38,661 bases of DNA from a virus (Duplodnaviria; Heunggongvirae; Uroviricota; Caudoviricetes). A program made the position numbers and the translations under genes. This document shows positions 1 to 10,766 of the stretch, piece by piece; within the stretch, counting starts at the first letter, position 1; each line of letters starts with the position of its first letter. The notes beneath the pieces are model-generated. The model saw only the letters and a program-made list of their open reading frames with translations, ran no database searches and was not told where the DNA came from. Where the stretch lies: the IMG/VR virus record IMGVR_UViG_2684623189_000006, one strand, 5' to 3'.

Positions 1-258
1 ATGCAAACCGTTATTTTTGGTCGTCCGGGTTGCCCTTACTGTGTGCGTGCAAAAGATCTGGCTGAGAAATTGAGCAATGAACGCGATGATTTCCAGTATC
101 AGTATGTAGATATTCGTGCGGAAGGGATCACTAAAGAAGATCTACAACAAAAGGCAGGTAAACCCGTAGAAACCGTGCCGCAGATTTTTGTCGATCAGCA
201 ACATATCGGCGGCTATACCGATTTTGCTGCATGGGCGAAAGAGAATCTGGACGCCTGA
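1..258 (+). CDS. grxA: Glutaredoxin 1 (complete, 85 aa)
   Basis: The 85-aa ORF begins MQTVIFGRPGCPYCVRAKDLAEK with the CPYC active site and matches the E. coli GrxA sequence as I recall it. A hairpin plus T-run follows the stop. Confidence 0.9.
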   Translation: MQTVIFGRPGCPYCVRAKDLAEKLSNERDDFQYQYVDIRAEGITKEDLQQKAGKPVETVPQIFVDQQHIGGYTDFAAWAKENLDA

Positions 259-267
259 TCGTCTGAC

Positions 268-300
268 AAGCCCTCGCGTTGAGGGCTTTATTGATTTTTT
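268..300 (+). terminator. Rho-independent terminator between convergent grxA and ybjM
   Basis: GC stem gccctc(270-275)/gagggc(281-286) followed by a T-rich run (287-300). Confidence 0.6.
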
Positions 301-665
301 CTGTGCTGTGGTTTAAACAAACTACTGATAAATAAGAAACACAATGCCCCCAGCGCACACCAGAACACCGCACTTAATAACCATGCCAGCTCTTGCCAGA
401 ATGAGCGCGTCGGTGAAAAAAACAGCCGCATAATGAGCATCGAACAGGGTGCCGCCAGCATTGCGCCAAACAGAGGTTTCAGGACTTCTCTACGATGTGA
501 AAAGAAGCTGGCAACTGCACCAGGAAGAATGAAAAATAGCAAACCGATTTCAGGATGCCCGGCAGCCCGAAAAGCGCCTTTCATGTGCGTCGCCAGAAAA
601 AGACACACCACAATGAAGAGGACAAAACAGCAGATTGCCCCCGCCCAACGTTGTTTATGTTTCAC
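288..665 (-). CDS. ybjM: Inner-membrane protein YbjM-like (125 aa)
   Basis: A 125-aa hydrophobic ORF convergent with grxA. Its position and length match ybjM in the E. coli grxA-ybjM-ybjL neighbourhood. Confidence 0.7.
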   Translation of the reverse strand: MKHKQRWAGAICCFVLFIVVCLFLATHMKGAFRAAGHPEIGLLFFILPGAVASFFSHRREVLKPLFGAMLAAPCSMLIMRLFFSPTRSFWQELAWLLSAVFWCALGALCFLFISSLFKPQHRKNQ

Positions 666-934
666 TCGTTCCTCCTGACACTGCGTCTATCGAACACATT
701 TTTCGCCAGTGTGGCGTTCAGTAAGATAAAGCCGCTTCGCATTCCATGCTAATATAGGCCAACGCAATTCATATAGCCGTTGATACCTAATGTGATTACA
801 CTAGTAAAATATATTGTTACTTTACTATCTTTTAGGTGCGCTGAATGAATCTGCGCCCTGAATTCTGGTAAAAAACATTATCGTAAATTACCATTTCTTT
901 CAACAGCTTACTAGTAAACAAGAAGTTAGCCTCC

Positions 935-2620
935 GTGAATATAAACGTCGCCGAATTGTTAAATGGGAATTACATTCTGTTATTATTTGTGGTCCTCGCG
1001 CTTGGGCTATGTCTCGGGAAATTACGACTTGGTTCGATCCAACTGGGTAATTCCATTGGCGTTTTAGTCGTATCGCTGTTATTAGGCCAACAACATTTCA
1101 GCATTAACACCGACGCGCTTAATCTTGGCTTTATGCTGTTTATTTTCTGCGTCGGGGTCGAAGCCGGACCGAACTTTTTTTCCATTTTTTTTCGCGATGG
1201 GAAAAATTACCTAATGTTAGCACTGGTGATGGTTGGCAGTGCGCTGGTGATCGCCTTAGGGTTAGGTAAGCTGTTTGGCTGGGATATTGGCCTGACGGCC
1301 GGTATGTTAGCTGGCTCTATGACGTCGACACCGGTTCTGGTCGGTGCTGGCGATACACTGCGTCATTCCGGCATGGAAAGCAGGCAGCTCTCACTGGCAC
1401 TGGATAATCTGAGCCTCGGGTATGCCTTAACCTATTTAATCGGTCTGGTGAGTTTGATTGTTGGTGCGCGTTACTTGCCGAAATTGCAGCATCAGGACTT
1501 ACAGACCAGCGCCCAGCAAATCGCCCGCGAACGTGGCCTGGACACTGATGCCAACCGTAAGGTTTATTTACCGGTGATCCGCGCCTACCGCGTCGGCCCG
1601 GAGCTGGTGGCCTGGACCGACGGCAAAAATCTGCGTGAACTGGGTATTTATCGACAAACTGGCTGCTACATTGAACGTATTCGACGTAACGGGATTCTGG
1701 CGAATCCAGACGGTGATGCTGTGCTACAAATGGGCGATGAAATAGCGTTGGTAGGCTATCCCGACGCCCACGCACGACTCGATCCCAGCTTCCGTAACGG
1801 CAAAGAAGTTTTCGATCGTGACCTTCTCGACATGCGTATCGTCACTGAAGAAGTGGTCGTTAAAAACCATAACGCCGTGGGCAAACGTCTCGCACAACTG
1901 AAGTTGACCGATCACGGTTGCTTCCTTAACCGCGTCATTCGTAGCCAGATTGAGATGCCGATAGATGACAACGTCGTGCTTAACAAAGGTGACGTTTTAC
2001 AAGTCAGCGGCGATGCCCGTCGCGTAAAAACCATCGCCGATCGCATCGGCTTTATCTCGATTCACAGCCAGGTCACTGACTTGCTGGCATTCTGCGCCTT
2101 CTTTGTTATTGGGCTGATGATCGGGATGATCACCTTCCAGTTCAGCACATTCAGTTTCGGCATGGGGAACGCTGCCGGGTTGTTATTCGCCGGAATTATG
2201 CTGGGATTTATGCGCGCTAACCACCCGACCTTCGGTTACATTCCGCAGGGTGCATTAAGCATGGTGAAAGAGTTCGGCTTAATGGTGTTTATGGCAGGCG
2301 TTGGTCTGAGCGCCGGTAGCGGTATTAATAACGGCCTGGGCGCGATTGGCGGTCAGATGTTGATTGCCGGATTGATTGTCAGTCTTGTGCCAGTGGTTAT
2401 CTGTTTCTTGTTCGGTGCTTATGTATTGCGAATGAACCGCGCACTGTTGTTCGGCGCAATGATGGGCGCACGCACCTGCGCGCCGGCAATGGAGATCATC
2501 AGTGATACAGCTCGCAGTAACATCCCGGCGCTGGGCTATGCGGGCACCTATGCAATCGCCAACGTCCTGCTGACGCTGGCAGGGACAATCATCGTCATGG
2601 TATGGCCAGGATTAGGATAA
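935..2620 (+). CDS. ybjL: Putative transporter YbjL (AAE-family permease with central TrkA-C-like domains, 561 aa)
   Basis: A 561-aa ORF with hydrophobic N- and C-terminal halves and a soluble middle region. Length and gene context match E. coli ybjL. Confidence 0.85.
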
Positions 2621-2732
2621 AACTGAAGTTGCCCTGAAAATGAAATTTTTTTGCACAACCGCAGAACTTTTCCGCAGGGCATCAGTCTTAATTAGTGCCA
2701 CTGCTTTTCTTTGATGTCCCCATTTTGTGGAG

Positions 2733-2778
2733 CCCATCAACCCCGCCATTTCGGTTCAAGGTTGATGGGTTTTTTGTT
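2733..2778 (+). terminator. Rho-independent terminator downstream of ybjL
   Basis: Stem cccatcaacc(2733-2742)/ggttgatggg(2760-2769) followed by tttttttgttg. Confidence 0.65.
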
Positions 2779-2855
2779 GTCTGAAATTTATGCCGATTAA
2801 AATCATGACGTTAGAAGCACTGTTTTTTAACGATGGCGACAAAATGGCGGCAGCG

Positions 2856-3074
2856 TCAAAGAGAGAGCGCCACCTGTCCTGATTTCATTGGATGCGGCTG
2901 AACCGGATTTGACTCTTTTGGCGTTGCAATCGAACGAACAAAAGTTTCATGGGTTACAAAAGTATGGCTGCAGTTAATATTCTGGCACTGGTTGTAACGC
3001 TCTTTGGTCAATGAAGATACCTGAAAACTGCTGCGAGTATGGGCGGCACTTCCACACAGTGGGCAAATCATCAT
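2856..3074 (-). CDS. ogr: Ogr/Delta-family zinc-finger late-gene activator
   Basis: Contains MMICPLCGSAAHTRSS...CQNINCSHTF, the C-x2-C...C-x4-C pattern of P2 Ogr. The start is taken at the internal ATG (3074), which is preceded by a GGGAGA Shine-Dalgarno; the longer ORF extends to 3107. Confidence 0.8.
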   Translation of the reverse strand: MMICPLCGSAAHTRSSFQVSSLTKERYNQCQNINCSHTFVTHETFVRSIATPKESNPVQPHPMKSGQVALSL

Positions 3075-3164
3075 TTTTCGAGTTCTCCCCATTTTTGCTA
3101 AATTCACAATAATGATACCGCATTATTCCATTTTGCAAACTTAAAAGTTCTCCATTACGAAGAA

Positions 3165-4265
3165 TCATTCCATTTCGAAATCATCAATCCTCACTTCAAG
3201 CTCCAAACTGGTCGTAAAACCGTTATCCGGGCTGACGGTATGCGTCAGAGTCGTAATGGTCCATTCCGCATCATCTATCGGCTGTTTAAAACCACTGACC
3301 TTCACAGGCATTTCCGTGTAGAGATCTGCCCGCCCTTCTGCCAGTTGTAGCGAAAATGACGCAACGCCGCGTTGCAGGCGTTCCCACTGCATTTTCGCCG
3401 CTCGTTCGGCGTTGCTCCGGTTGGCATAAGTGCGATTAAGTACCAGCACGTTTTCATCCGTACCCACCAGGTAATCGCCCTGCTTCGCTTCTGGCTCTTT
3501 CTTCTGCTTCTTAGTTCTGCGCTTACGCTTCACCGTGGTGCTTTCTTTCTTCGCAGGTTCGCGGGTATGCAACCAGCTGGCAATTACGCCCGTGTAGGCT
3601 CCGCGATCTGCCAGGGTAAATCGGTGACTGTCGCCGTCCTTGCGTGTGATAGTGATCACTGGCAGAGGTTTACCAGTGGCGCTTTTGCCCTGCCCCTGCC
3701 GGATGAATAACAGATTGCCATTTTTCACCGACGCGATGGCACCGTACTGTCGCGCCAGCCGCATCAGAAAACTGCCGTCACTCTCATTAGTCTGGTCTAT
3801 ATGCTCCACGGGCTTATCCGACAGGTCTTTACCCAGTGCCATCTTCAGCTTGTGCCGCGCGGCTATTTCCTTCACCACTTCCCCAACGGTGGTCTTATGC
3901 CACGATTTTTCACGGCGGGTATTCAGCGTTTCCCGAAAATCAGCACTTCGCGCCCGGATAGTCAGGCGGTCCGGTGCGCCAGTGTGTTCAATCTCGTCCA
4001 CTGTGAATGCCCCTTTCGGGAAAAGCGGCTGCCCCTTCCAGCCCAGCGCCAGCGTAATAACCGCACCACGGCGCGGCAGCACGATTTTTCCGTCAGCGTC
4101 ATCCAGCTCCAGATCAAGCTGGTCCGCTTCAAAGCCCCGGTTATCCGTCAGCGTCAAACTCATCAGGCGGTTATCCAGCACAGTGGTGATATCCCTGCCC
4201 TCAATACTGATGCTGAATGCGGGAGTTTTGTTGCCTTTGTTAAGCAGTTCAGAGCTGAAATTCAC
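3165..4265 (-). CDS. D: Tail protein D (late control gene D family)
   Basis: A 366-aa ORF in the conserved P2 position after U. It carries a lysine-rich linker (KRKRRTKKQKK) and the overall gpD-like sequence. Confidence 0.85.
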   Translation of the reverse strand: MNFSSELLNKGNKTPAFSISIEGRDITTVLDNRLMSLTLTDNRGFEADQLDLELDDADGKIVLPRRGAVITLALGWKGQPLFPKGAFTVDEIEHTGAPDRLTIRARSADFRETLNTRREKSWHKTTVGEVVKEIAARHKLKMALGKDLSDKPVEHIDQTNESDGSFLMRLARQYGAIASVKNGNLLFIRQGQGKSATGKPLPVITITRKDGDSHRFTLADRGAYTGVIASWLHTREPAKKESTTVKRKRRTKKQKKEPEAKQGDYLVGTDENVLVLNRTYANRSNAERAAKMQWERLQRGVASFSLQLAEGRADLYTEMPVKVSGFKQPIDDAEWTITTLTHTVSPDNGFTTSLELEVRIDDFEME

Positions 4266-4747
4266 GACAGCAGCCCTCCCACCGTTTTACTGATATCGCT
4301 TAAGGCAGACGTTGCCGTGTCCTGCAGATTATTCAGTTGCGCACTGAGATCACCGAACATATCGGACAGGGATTCATCCACTCGTTTGAGCGACAGGGTG
4401 AACTCAATCCGGCGCGGCATACCGTCGCGGAAAAACTCCGTTTTAGTCTGATTCAGTCCCTCAATCACATACATGCCGTAAATCGTGCCGCTGCCTTCAA
4501 TCAGGGGCCATGCTTTCCCCTGTTCTGCCATCTGCTCCAGTGCCAGCAACGACAGCCTGCCGCCTGTTATTTCCGGCATAAGAACACCGGAAAGCGTCAG
4601 CATGTCGTTTTCCGGTCCCAGAAACTGCGTGGACGGACGTCGGTTTACCCGACTGTTTGCCGCATGTCGCCAGCTGCGTTGATACTGCAGTTCCTGATAC
4701 GGAACGGTGCGCAGCATAAACACGTACAATCCCAGCACCATCATCAT
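4262..4747 (-). CDS. U: Tail protein U
   Basis: A 161-aa ORF between T and D. The 4-bp overlaps with both neighbours match P2 synteny. Confidence 0.8.
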   Translation of the reverse strand: MMMVLGLYVFMLRTVPYQELQYQRSWRHAANSRVNRRPSTQFLGPENDMLTLSGVLMPEITGGRLSLLALEQMAEQGKAWPLIEGSGTIYGMYVIEGLNQTKTEFFRDGMPRRIEFTLSLKRVDESLSDMFGDLSAQLNNLQDTATSALSDISKTVGGLLS

Positions 4748-7700
4748 GCGTCGTATCCCCCCTGATCGCTGTAGTTACTCCTGGCTTTTGCCTTCAGCCT
4801 GCGTTCACGTTCATCAAGCTGGCGTGCCACCTCCCGCGCAATATCCTGCGCACTTTGTCCTGGCTGCGTCTGAATGATGATCTGCGTCGGTGCCTCAATC
4901 CGTTGAACGAGCGGCACAGTGGCTGCGCGACTCACAATTGCTTCTCCACCTTTCGCGGGAAGTGCCAAAGGGTGCAACGGTGGAAGCTCTGCTGGCGCGG
5001 CAGCAACGCCCATCATTCCGGCAACAACGGCAGCCAGTGCAGCTGTATTTCTCCGGCTGGTCACATTTGCCGGGCCGTTAACAATTTCCGGCCCGTTTTC
5101 ACCGACGATGCCAAACTGCCCGCGCGGGATATACCCGCCGCTGTCATACATCCCCGCAAAGCCATATCCCCATGATGGAAAACCACCCGATGGCATCATC
5201 ACTTTACCGTCTGCATTCACCGTCGCAGGTTGCTGACGCGTCACGCTTTCCGGCAGTTTTGCCTTTGCGGCCTCTTTACTGACAATGCCGAGCTTCTCCA
5301 GCAACCAGGAAACGCCGGATTTCAGGGAGTCCAGCGGATGCATGACCATATTCAGCCCTTCCGCCAGTGCCTCCCCGAATCGCCGCCCCATTGCCGCTGC
5401 GCTCTGCAGTTCGGCAGAGGTCGACTTAACGGGCGTCAGCAGATCAGTAAACCAGCCCCACAGCGCCTGCACTTTGTCGCCAATCCACTGGAACACGGGC
5501 TTAAGCGGTTCGAACGCTGCACTGATGGGACCTGCCGCCGCTTTGAATCCTTCCACCACGCCACCGAGAAATGCGGTGATGGGTTGCCAGTATTTCCAGA
5601 CAACCAGCGCCACGCCCGCCAGTGCAGTAACCACAAGACCTATCGGACTGAGCAGAGCACCTAACAGACCAGATATGGCATACAGGGCAACGCGCAGCAT
5701 CGCCAGTGGACCAGATGCCAGTACTCGCAGCACCGTGCCTGCGGCGGCCAGTCCACCGCGCAGTACCGCCAGAGGATTCATAAACATCACAGCAACAGCA
5801 CGTAAACCGGATAATCCAGACAGCAAAAGTGCAACCGGCGCACCTGCTACAGTTTTCAGGACATTTCCCGTCAGTGATGCCGTGCGGCGCAAAGACGACA
5901 ACGGCGCAGTAAGTAAACCTGCGGCGTTGCCCGATGAAGCAAGCCCGCGTCGCAGCAGTGCCAGTGGTGCGCCAGCCAGCCAGGACAACGCGCTGCTGGT
6001 TCGAGTTACTGCTGCCGTAACGGAAGATAACGTTTTGATACCCAACACAGAGAATCCCAGACGGATCACTGCCAGCGGCCCCAGCACTGCAGCCAGCGCC
6101 ACCGCTAAGGTGCCGAGGCCGACGGTAACCGCAGCCACAACAGCCGATGCTTTCATCAGTGTGCCTGTCAGTTCCGGGTTAGCTTCCACCCAGCGACGCA
6201 ACGCCCCCGTGACGCTTTTCACCGTGTACAGAATATCCATCAGCGGCTGGCGCAGCGTTTCGCCCAGGCTGCTGAAGGTGTTCTGCGCTCCGGTTTTGAC
6301 CAGCAACCACTGCGCAGAAAGTGAATCCTTGTTAATGTCGGATTCTTTCTGCATGGAGCCGAGCGCATCATTGCCCGCTGTCAGTTTTAACTGACGCTGC
6401 AGTTCCGGCAGGTTGTTTGCCAGTTTCGCCGCGTCATCGCCAAACTCTTTACCAAACAACATAGTCATGGTAGACAGGCGCTTGTCCTGCGGCAGCGCGT
6501 TTACCTTCTCCAGCACGCGCTGGATGGTTCCCATCGCATCCTTCGTCATCTGCTTTTCAATCACTTCAGGATTGAGTTTCAGCAGATTCATCCCTTCAAA
6601 GAAACTCTTGCTTTGCATGGTGGCAATGGACAATTCACGCACCATCGCGTTTGCTGCACTGGCTGCAACCTCTGGCGCAGCGCCCAGTGTCAGGAAGGTG
6701 GAACCCAGCGCCGCCGCTTTACGATAATCCAGACGGTCAGCCACACCGCCCAGACGTTGCATCACATCAATGATGTCTGCCCCTTTCGACATGGCGTTAT
6801 CATCCAGATAGTTCAGCGCATCACCGAGCTGTTCAATATTGCGGGTGGGGATTTTGTAGAGCTGGGCGATTTTCCCCAGACTTTCTGACAGTTCATCCGC
6901 TGGCAGCTCAAAGGCTGTTGCCGCCTTTGCTGCCGTACTGGCGAAGGCCAGCAGGTCACGTTTCTGATCTTCCCAGCTGTCGTCAGGGTTTGCGACGTTC
7001 ATGCGCGCACCACCTTCAACCAGTGCAGCGAAGTCCACCGCACCGTTTTCCATCGGCAACTGTTCGCTGGCAGCCTTGATGGCATCCTGCATTTCATAAA
7101 AACGTGCAGTGCGGTTGCCATTATCGTCACGCAGACCATTGACCTGCTTTGCCACACCTTTCATGGCATCTTCCATGCTGGTATAGCTTTTTACTGCCGC
7201 CATCACTGGCGCACCCATTGCCAGCCCTGCAGCCGTGGTGGTGGCTCCGGCACCTGCAATACGATCACGCACCTCCAGCGAACGGGCATAACTGGCACGC
7301 GCTGCATTCATCCTGCGCTGAGCTTCCCCCAGTCGCTTCAGCCGCGCCTCCTGTTTCGAAAGTTCCTGGTTATAACGTGATGTTTCACGGGCTAAACGGG
7401 CAGTTGCTCCCGCATCGTCTTTCGCAGAAATTCCCGCCCGGTACAGTTCAGCGCGCACAAGCGCCGTCTGCTGCTGCAGCTTTTTCTGGCGTTCTTCCAG
7501 GCGCTGAACAGCCAGCCGTTGACGGCCCAGAGCAACAACCTGACGTTGCGAAGGCGGCCCCATCGCTCCCAGTTCCTGACTGAGCAAATTTGCACGCTGG
7601 CGGGCATAGTTCAGCCTGTCGCCTAATTTCTGATTTTCTGCCTGCAGCTTTCGGAAGCTGTCCAGACTGCTCCCGGCCTGATCAAGCTGCTTTATTGCAT

Positions 7701-7821
7701 CGCGGGATTTTTTGACAGCAGCAGCCAGTTCTCTTGAACTGGCCTGCGCAGATCGAAATGGGCGGGTGAGCTTGTCAACCGCATTAAGAATGACCTGCAG
7801 ACGCAGGTTGTTATCACTCAT
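4744..7821 (-). CDS. T: Tail tape-measure protein T
   Basis: A 1025-aa ORF with a coiled-coil N-terminal part and a glycine/alanine-rich hydrophobic central region, placed after E/E'. Confidence 0.9.
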   Translation of the reverse strand: MSDNNLRLQVILNAVDKLTRPFRSAQASSRELAAAVKKSRDAIKQLDQAGSSLDSFRKLQAENQKLGDRLNYARQRANLLSQELGAMGPPSQRQVVALGRQRLAVQRLEERQKKLQQQTALVRAELYRAGISAKDDAGATARLARETSRYNQELSKQEARLKRLGEAQRRMNAARASYARSLEVRDRIAGAGATTTAAGLAMGAPVMAAVKSYTSMEDAMKGVAKQVNGLRDDNGNRTARFYEMQDAIKAASEQLPMENGAVDFAALVEGGARMNVANPDDSWEDQKRDLLAFASTAAKAATAFELPADELSESLGKIAQLYKIPTRNIEQLGDALNYLDDNAMSKGADIIDVMQRLGGVADRLDYRKAAALGSTFLTLGAAPEVAASAANAMVRELSIATMQSKSFFEGMNLLKLNPEVIEKQMTKDAMGTIQRVLEKVNALPQDKRLSTMTMLFGKEFGDDAAKLANNLPELQRQLKLTAGNDALGSMQKESDINKDSLSAQWLLVKTGAQNTFSSLGETLRQPLMDILYTVKSVTGALRRWVEANPELTGTLMKASAVVAAVTVGLGTLAVALAAVLGPLAVIRLGFSVLGIKTLSSVTAAVTRTSSALSWLAGAPLALLRRGLASSGNAAGLLTAPLSSLRRTASLTGNVLKTVAGAPVALLLSGLSGLRAVAVMFMNPLAVLRGGLAAAGTVLRVLASGPLAMLRVALYAISGLLGALLSPIGLVVTALAGVALVVWKYWQPITAFLGGVVEGFKAAAGPISAAFEPLKPVFQWIGDKVQALWGWFTDLLTPVKSTSAELQSAAAMGRRFGEALAEGLNMVMHPLDSLKSGVSWLLEKLGIVSKEAAKAKLPESVTRQQPATVNADGKVMMPSGGFPSWGYGFAGMYDSGGYIPRGQFGIVGENGPEIVNGPANVTSRRNTAALAAVVAGMMGVAAAPAELPPLHPLALPAKGGEAIVSRAATVPLVQRIEAPTQIIIQTQPGQSAQDIAREVARQLDERERRLKAKARSNYSDQGGYDA

Positions 7822-8250
7822 CGTTGGCCCCGCTTCTCTGAATCGCTTTATACCGCCATTCCAGCACTTCGGTCAGCGGCATAACGTCAGTAACGGATGG
7901 CGGCCAGTGAAAAATGGTGGCGATATCTGCCACCAGATCGTCAACCGTCAGGCTGTCGGTAAACCGGCAAGCACCGACTTCCTCAACAAAAAAGTGACAA
8001 CCTCAACCGACATGGCAGTGAGATCTGCCGGGTCCATCTCTGCAATTTCCTGTGCAGTCAGTGCCGGACTGGAGATGCGGGGGATCACGGTCATCATCGC
8101 GTTTACATCCATATCCATAATGGCCTGCAGGCGTGTACCGCGCAGCGCACCGGACTGCGGTTTACGCAGCACAATTTCGGTGATTTCTGTTTTACCGCGC
8201 TTGATGGGGGTATCCAGTTGAATGGTCTTTTCAGTCTGCTTATCGCTCAT
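7814..8250 (-). CDS. E': Tail assembly chaperone E+E' (product of programmed -1 frameshift)
   Basis: The slippery heptamer T-TTT-TTG (7987-7993 on the minus strand) lies in the TFL codons of E. The -1 frame stays open for about 58 codons and stops at 7814-7816, overlapping the T start codon. Confidence 0.7.
7948..8250 (-). CDS. E: Tail assembly chaperone E
   Basis: A 100-aa ORF in the P2 position before T, with a T6G slippery site near its 3' end. Confidence 0.8.
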   Translation of the reverse strand: MSDKQTEKTIQLDTPIKRGKTEITEIVLRKPQSGALRGTRLQAIMDMDVNAMMTVIPRISSPALTAQEIAEMDPADLTAMSVEVVTFLLRKSVLAGLPTA

Positions 8251-8304
8251 TTTGTTGTCCTGTAAATTGGGTTCTGGCGCGGAATCCCGCGCCGTTCAGA
8301 TACA

Positions 8305-8820
8305 TCAGAGGCCGAGGGCGTTGCGGTGCGCTTCCATCAGGTCCACACCGTTCACAATTTCCACCATGTTGATAAGGTCCACTTCATAGAGCACCTCACC
8401 ATTGATGGTCAGCTTCGCGTAGCTGTTGGTACTGGTCACTTTGGTGGTGTTGCTTTCGCCCGTCTTCCACTCGCCGGAATCCACTTCTTTGTGACGTCCA
8501 CGCACCACAAGCTCCACGGCCTGCACTTCCCCGGTATCATCACGCTGGATAGAGCCGGTAAAGCGCAACTGGATGCCATCCACCGTGGCTTTGCCCATCT
8601 GTTTAAACAGCAGCAGTTCAGTACCACCAATGGAAAATTCTGTGTCCAGAGCACTGTCATCAAGCCCCAGATCCACATCCACTGCACCCGGCATTCCGCC
8701 GCCGCGATACTTCTCATATTTGCGGGTGAATTTCGGCAGCGTCAGCGACTCAACGCTCCCCTGCCAGTTGTTCCCGTCGTTAAACAGGTTCAGGTGTTTT
8801 AATTTGCGTGGTAAAGCCAT
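8305..8820 (-). CDS. FII: Tail tube protein FII
   Basis: A 171-aa ORF directly downstream of the sheath gene; gpFII-like sequence. Confidence 0.85.
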   Translation of the reverse strand: MALPRKLKHLNLFNDGNNWQGSVESLTLPKFTRKYEKYRGGGMPGAVDVDLGLDDSALDTEFSIGGTELLLFKQMGKATVDGIQLRFTGSIQRDDTGEVQAVELVVRGRHKEVDSGEWKTGESNTTKVTSTNSYAKLTINGEVLYEVDLINMVEIVNGVDLMEAHRNALGL

Positions 8821-8829
8821 GTTGTCCCC

Positions 8830-10002
8830 TTACGCGCTGACCTGGCTGGCGAAATTCACCAGGTACTGATCGGTGATGCGCTGACGCAACATCAGATTTT
8901 CAAGTGGCGGCACTGGCGTGTAGTCGTAGTCGATGGTGAGTTTTCCGGCTTTCAGAGTGTCTTTGTCGTTCACCGACTCGTCCAGCCAGCAATCACCACC
9001 AATGAGATACCCCTGACTGACCAGGCTGCGCATTTTGGCGCGGATGCCCTCGATAATGTCGCGCGCCAGCGACGGGTTCAGCGGTTTGTCCACTGCCCAC
9101 ATGTGCGCTTCTGCCATTGTGTCCGTCAGCACCTGCGCCGTGCGGGTGTAGTTTTCGAAAGCAAAGAGCGGGTCATCACTCAGGCAGCGGGAACCCCAAA
9201 AGCGTAAACCGTCTTTACGCACAAGCGTGGTGACGTCGTTCTGGTTCAGCAGACCTGCATCGGTTGCCGGGTCCTGCAGATCCCAGAACACATCTGCAGA
9301 AATTCCGGTGACACCGTTCACGCCCACGTTGGACAGGCTTTTGTGCCACCCAGTCTGCTCATCAATTTTGGCACGCAGACCAAGCGCACGGGCGGTGGCA
9401 TATGCCGTTGCTTCGGCATTCAGCACCGTGTCCCAGCCAGTAAAGTCGGGCCAGATCAGCATTCCTTCGCGCTGGCTGAAGTTTTCACGGTAAGTGATCG
9501 CCTCCTGTACCGTCTTGCAGCCATACGCTGACAGGTAGGCAAACCCACGCAGGCTTTGCGCCACACTCAGCAACTCAGTCGCAACGGCTTTGTTATCGTG
9601 ACCTGGCACGCCGAGAATGCGCGGTTTAACGCCGAGCTGTGTCTGGGCAGATAACAGGGCTTTCATGCCTGTTTTTTTACCTTCAGCAGTCACTGCGCCG
9701 ATGATATTGGTCGTGGTTTCTTCTTCCGTTTCACCCTGCGGCACACGCACAACAACGGTCACGGGTTTTGCCTGGTCAGCGATGGCATCCAGCGAACGGG
9801 CCAGCGTGCCGGACTCACCCGCTTTACCGCTGGCAGTCAGCACATCAGTGATCAGCACGGGTTTATTAAGAGGAAACATTTTTGCATCGGCATCATCGCC
9901 CGTGCAGACCATGCCCACGATGGCGGTGCTCACCGTGGTAATGGATCGGGTACCTTCGTTGACTTCAACAACGCGCACCCCGTGGTGGTAATCCTGAGCC
10001 AT
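8830..10002 (-). CDS. FI: Tail sheath protein FI
   Basis: A 390-aa ORF; contractile sheath in the P2 FI position. Confidence 0.85.
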   Translation of the reverse strand: MAQDYHHGVRVVEVNEGTRSITTVSTAIVGMVCTGDDADAKMFPLNKPVLITDVLTASGKAGESGTLARSLDAIADQAKPVTVVVRVPQGETEEETTTNIIGAVTAEGKKTGMKALLSAQTQLGVKPRILGVPGHDNKAVATELLSVAQSLRGFAYLSAYGCKTVQEAITYRENFSQREGMLIWPDFTGWDTVLNAEATAYATARALGLRAKIDEQTGWHKSLSNVGVNGVTGISADVFWDLQDPATDAGLLNQNDVTTLVRKDGLRFWGSRCLSDDPLFAFENYTRTAQVLTDTMAEAHMWAVDKPLNPSLARDIIEGIRAKMRSLVSQGYLIGGDCWLDESVNDKDTLKAGKLTIDYDYTPVPPLENLMLRQRITDQYLVNFASQVSA

Positions 10003-10078
10003 AGTGGCGAACCTCCTGATTGGATTAGGCTTCGCCCTATGTTGAAGTGATTGTGCCTGACAAACAGCTAAGCGCAGT

Positions 10079-10096
10079 TGTACCGTTATTCACACA
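10079..10096 (-). promoter_or_regulatory. Ogr-type late promoter element TGT-N12-ACA upstream of FI (PF-like)
   Basis: TGTaccgttattcacACA lies about 80 bp upstream of the FI start codon. Confidence 0.55.
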
Positions 10097-10144
10097 AAAT
10101 GACGGTATTTGTCTGCTTGCAGGGATAATCAAAATAATGCTGAT

Positions 10145-10717
10145 TCAGGGGGATTCATTACTCTTATTTGCCGGAAATTTTCTATAAATTGTGGAAACAC
10201 CCACATCAAAAATCAGTGCAATACGCTGTCTTGATTCTCCGGCCTCGAGTAAGCGTCCAATCTGTGCCCACTGTTCGGTGGTCAACTTAGGACGGCGTCC
10301 ACCTACTCTGCCTTTATCACGAGCTGCAGCCAGCCCCGCCCTGGTACGTTCAACTATCAGTTCGCGTTCCATTTCAGCCAGGGCCCCCATGACATGAAAA
10401 AAGAAACGGCCCATTGGGGTGCTGGTATCAATACTGTCAGTCAGGCTTCGGAAATTCACGCCACGCTGACGCAACTCTTCTATCAGCGTAACAAGATGCC
10501 GCATACTGCGCCCCAACCTGTCCAGCTTCCAGACAACCAGAGTGTCTCCAACCGATAGTGTCCTGAGCAGTTTTTTAAGCCCCGGTCTGTCGGGCTTAGT
10601 GCCACTGATTTTGTCCTCAAAAATCCGCTCACATCCCGCGCAGTTCAGTGCATTACGTTGCAAATCTGTGTTCTGGTCATTTGTTGACACGCGTACATAG
10701 CCAATAAGCATGATCAA
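10145..10717 (-). CDS. Serine recombinase, DNA invertase (Cin/Gin/Hin/Pin family)
   Basis: N-terminal GYVRVSTNDQ catalytic serine motif, resolvase-like core and C-terminal HTH (GVSTIYRKF). It sits next to a segment bounded by inverted 26-bp sites. Confidence 0.9.
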   Translation of the reverse strand: MIMLIGYVRVSTNDQNTDLQRNALNCAGCERIFEDKISGTKPDRPGLKKLLRTLSVGDTLVVWKLDRLGRSMRHLVTLIEELRQRGVNFRSLTDSIDTSTPMGRFFFHVMGALAEMERELIVERTRAGLAAARDKGRVGGRRPKLTTEQWAQIGRLLEAGESRQRIALIFDVGVSTIYRKFPANKSNESP

Positions 10718-10766
10718 TCCCCTGAATAAAAACCGGGGATGATGCCAGTTAGTCGTAATCGCTGCA

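Noticed and set aside
433-752. Plus-strand ORFs of 81 and 65 aa overlapping ybjM.
   Set aside because: They are antisense to the hydrophobic ybjM ORF, which matches the known host gene arrangement.
3640-4451. Two plus-strand ORFs of about 216 aa overlapping gene D.
   Set aside because: They are antisense to gpD with serine/arginine-rich low-complexity translations.
5285-6394. A 369-aa plus-strand ORF, with several other plus-strand ORFs, inside the tape-measure gene.
   Set aside because: These are antisense shadow ORFs in a GC-rich, low-complexity region. Their composition is proline/serine/alanine/arginine-rich and unlike real proteins, and the minus-strand T gene explains the region.
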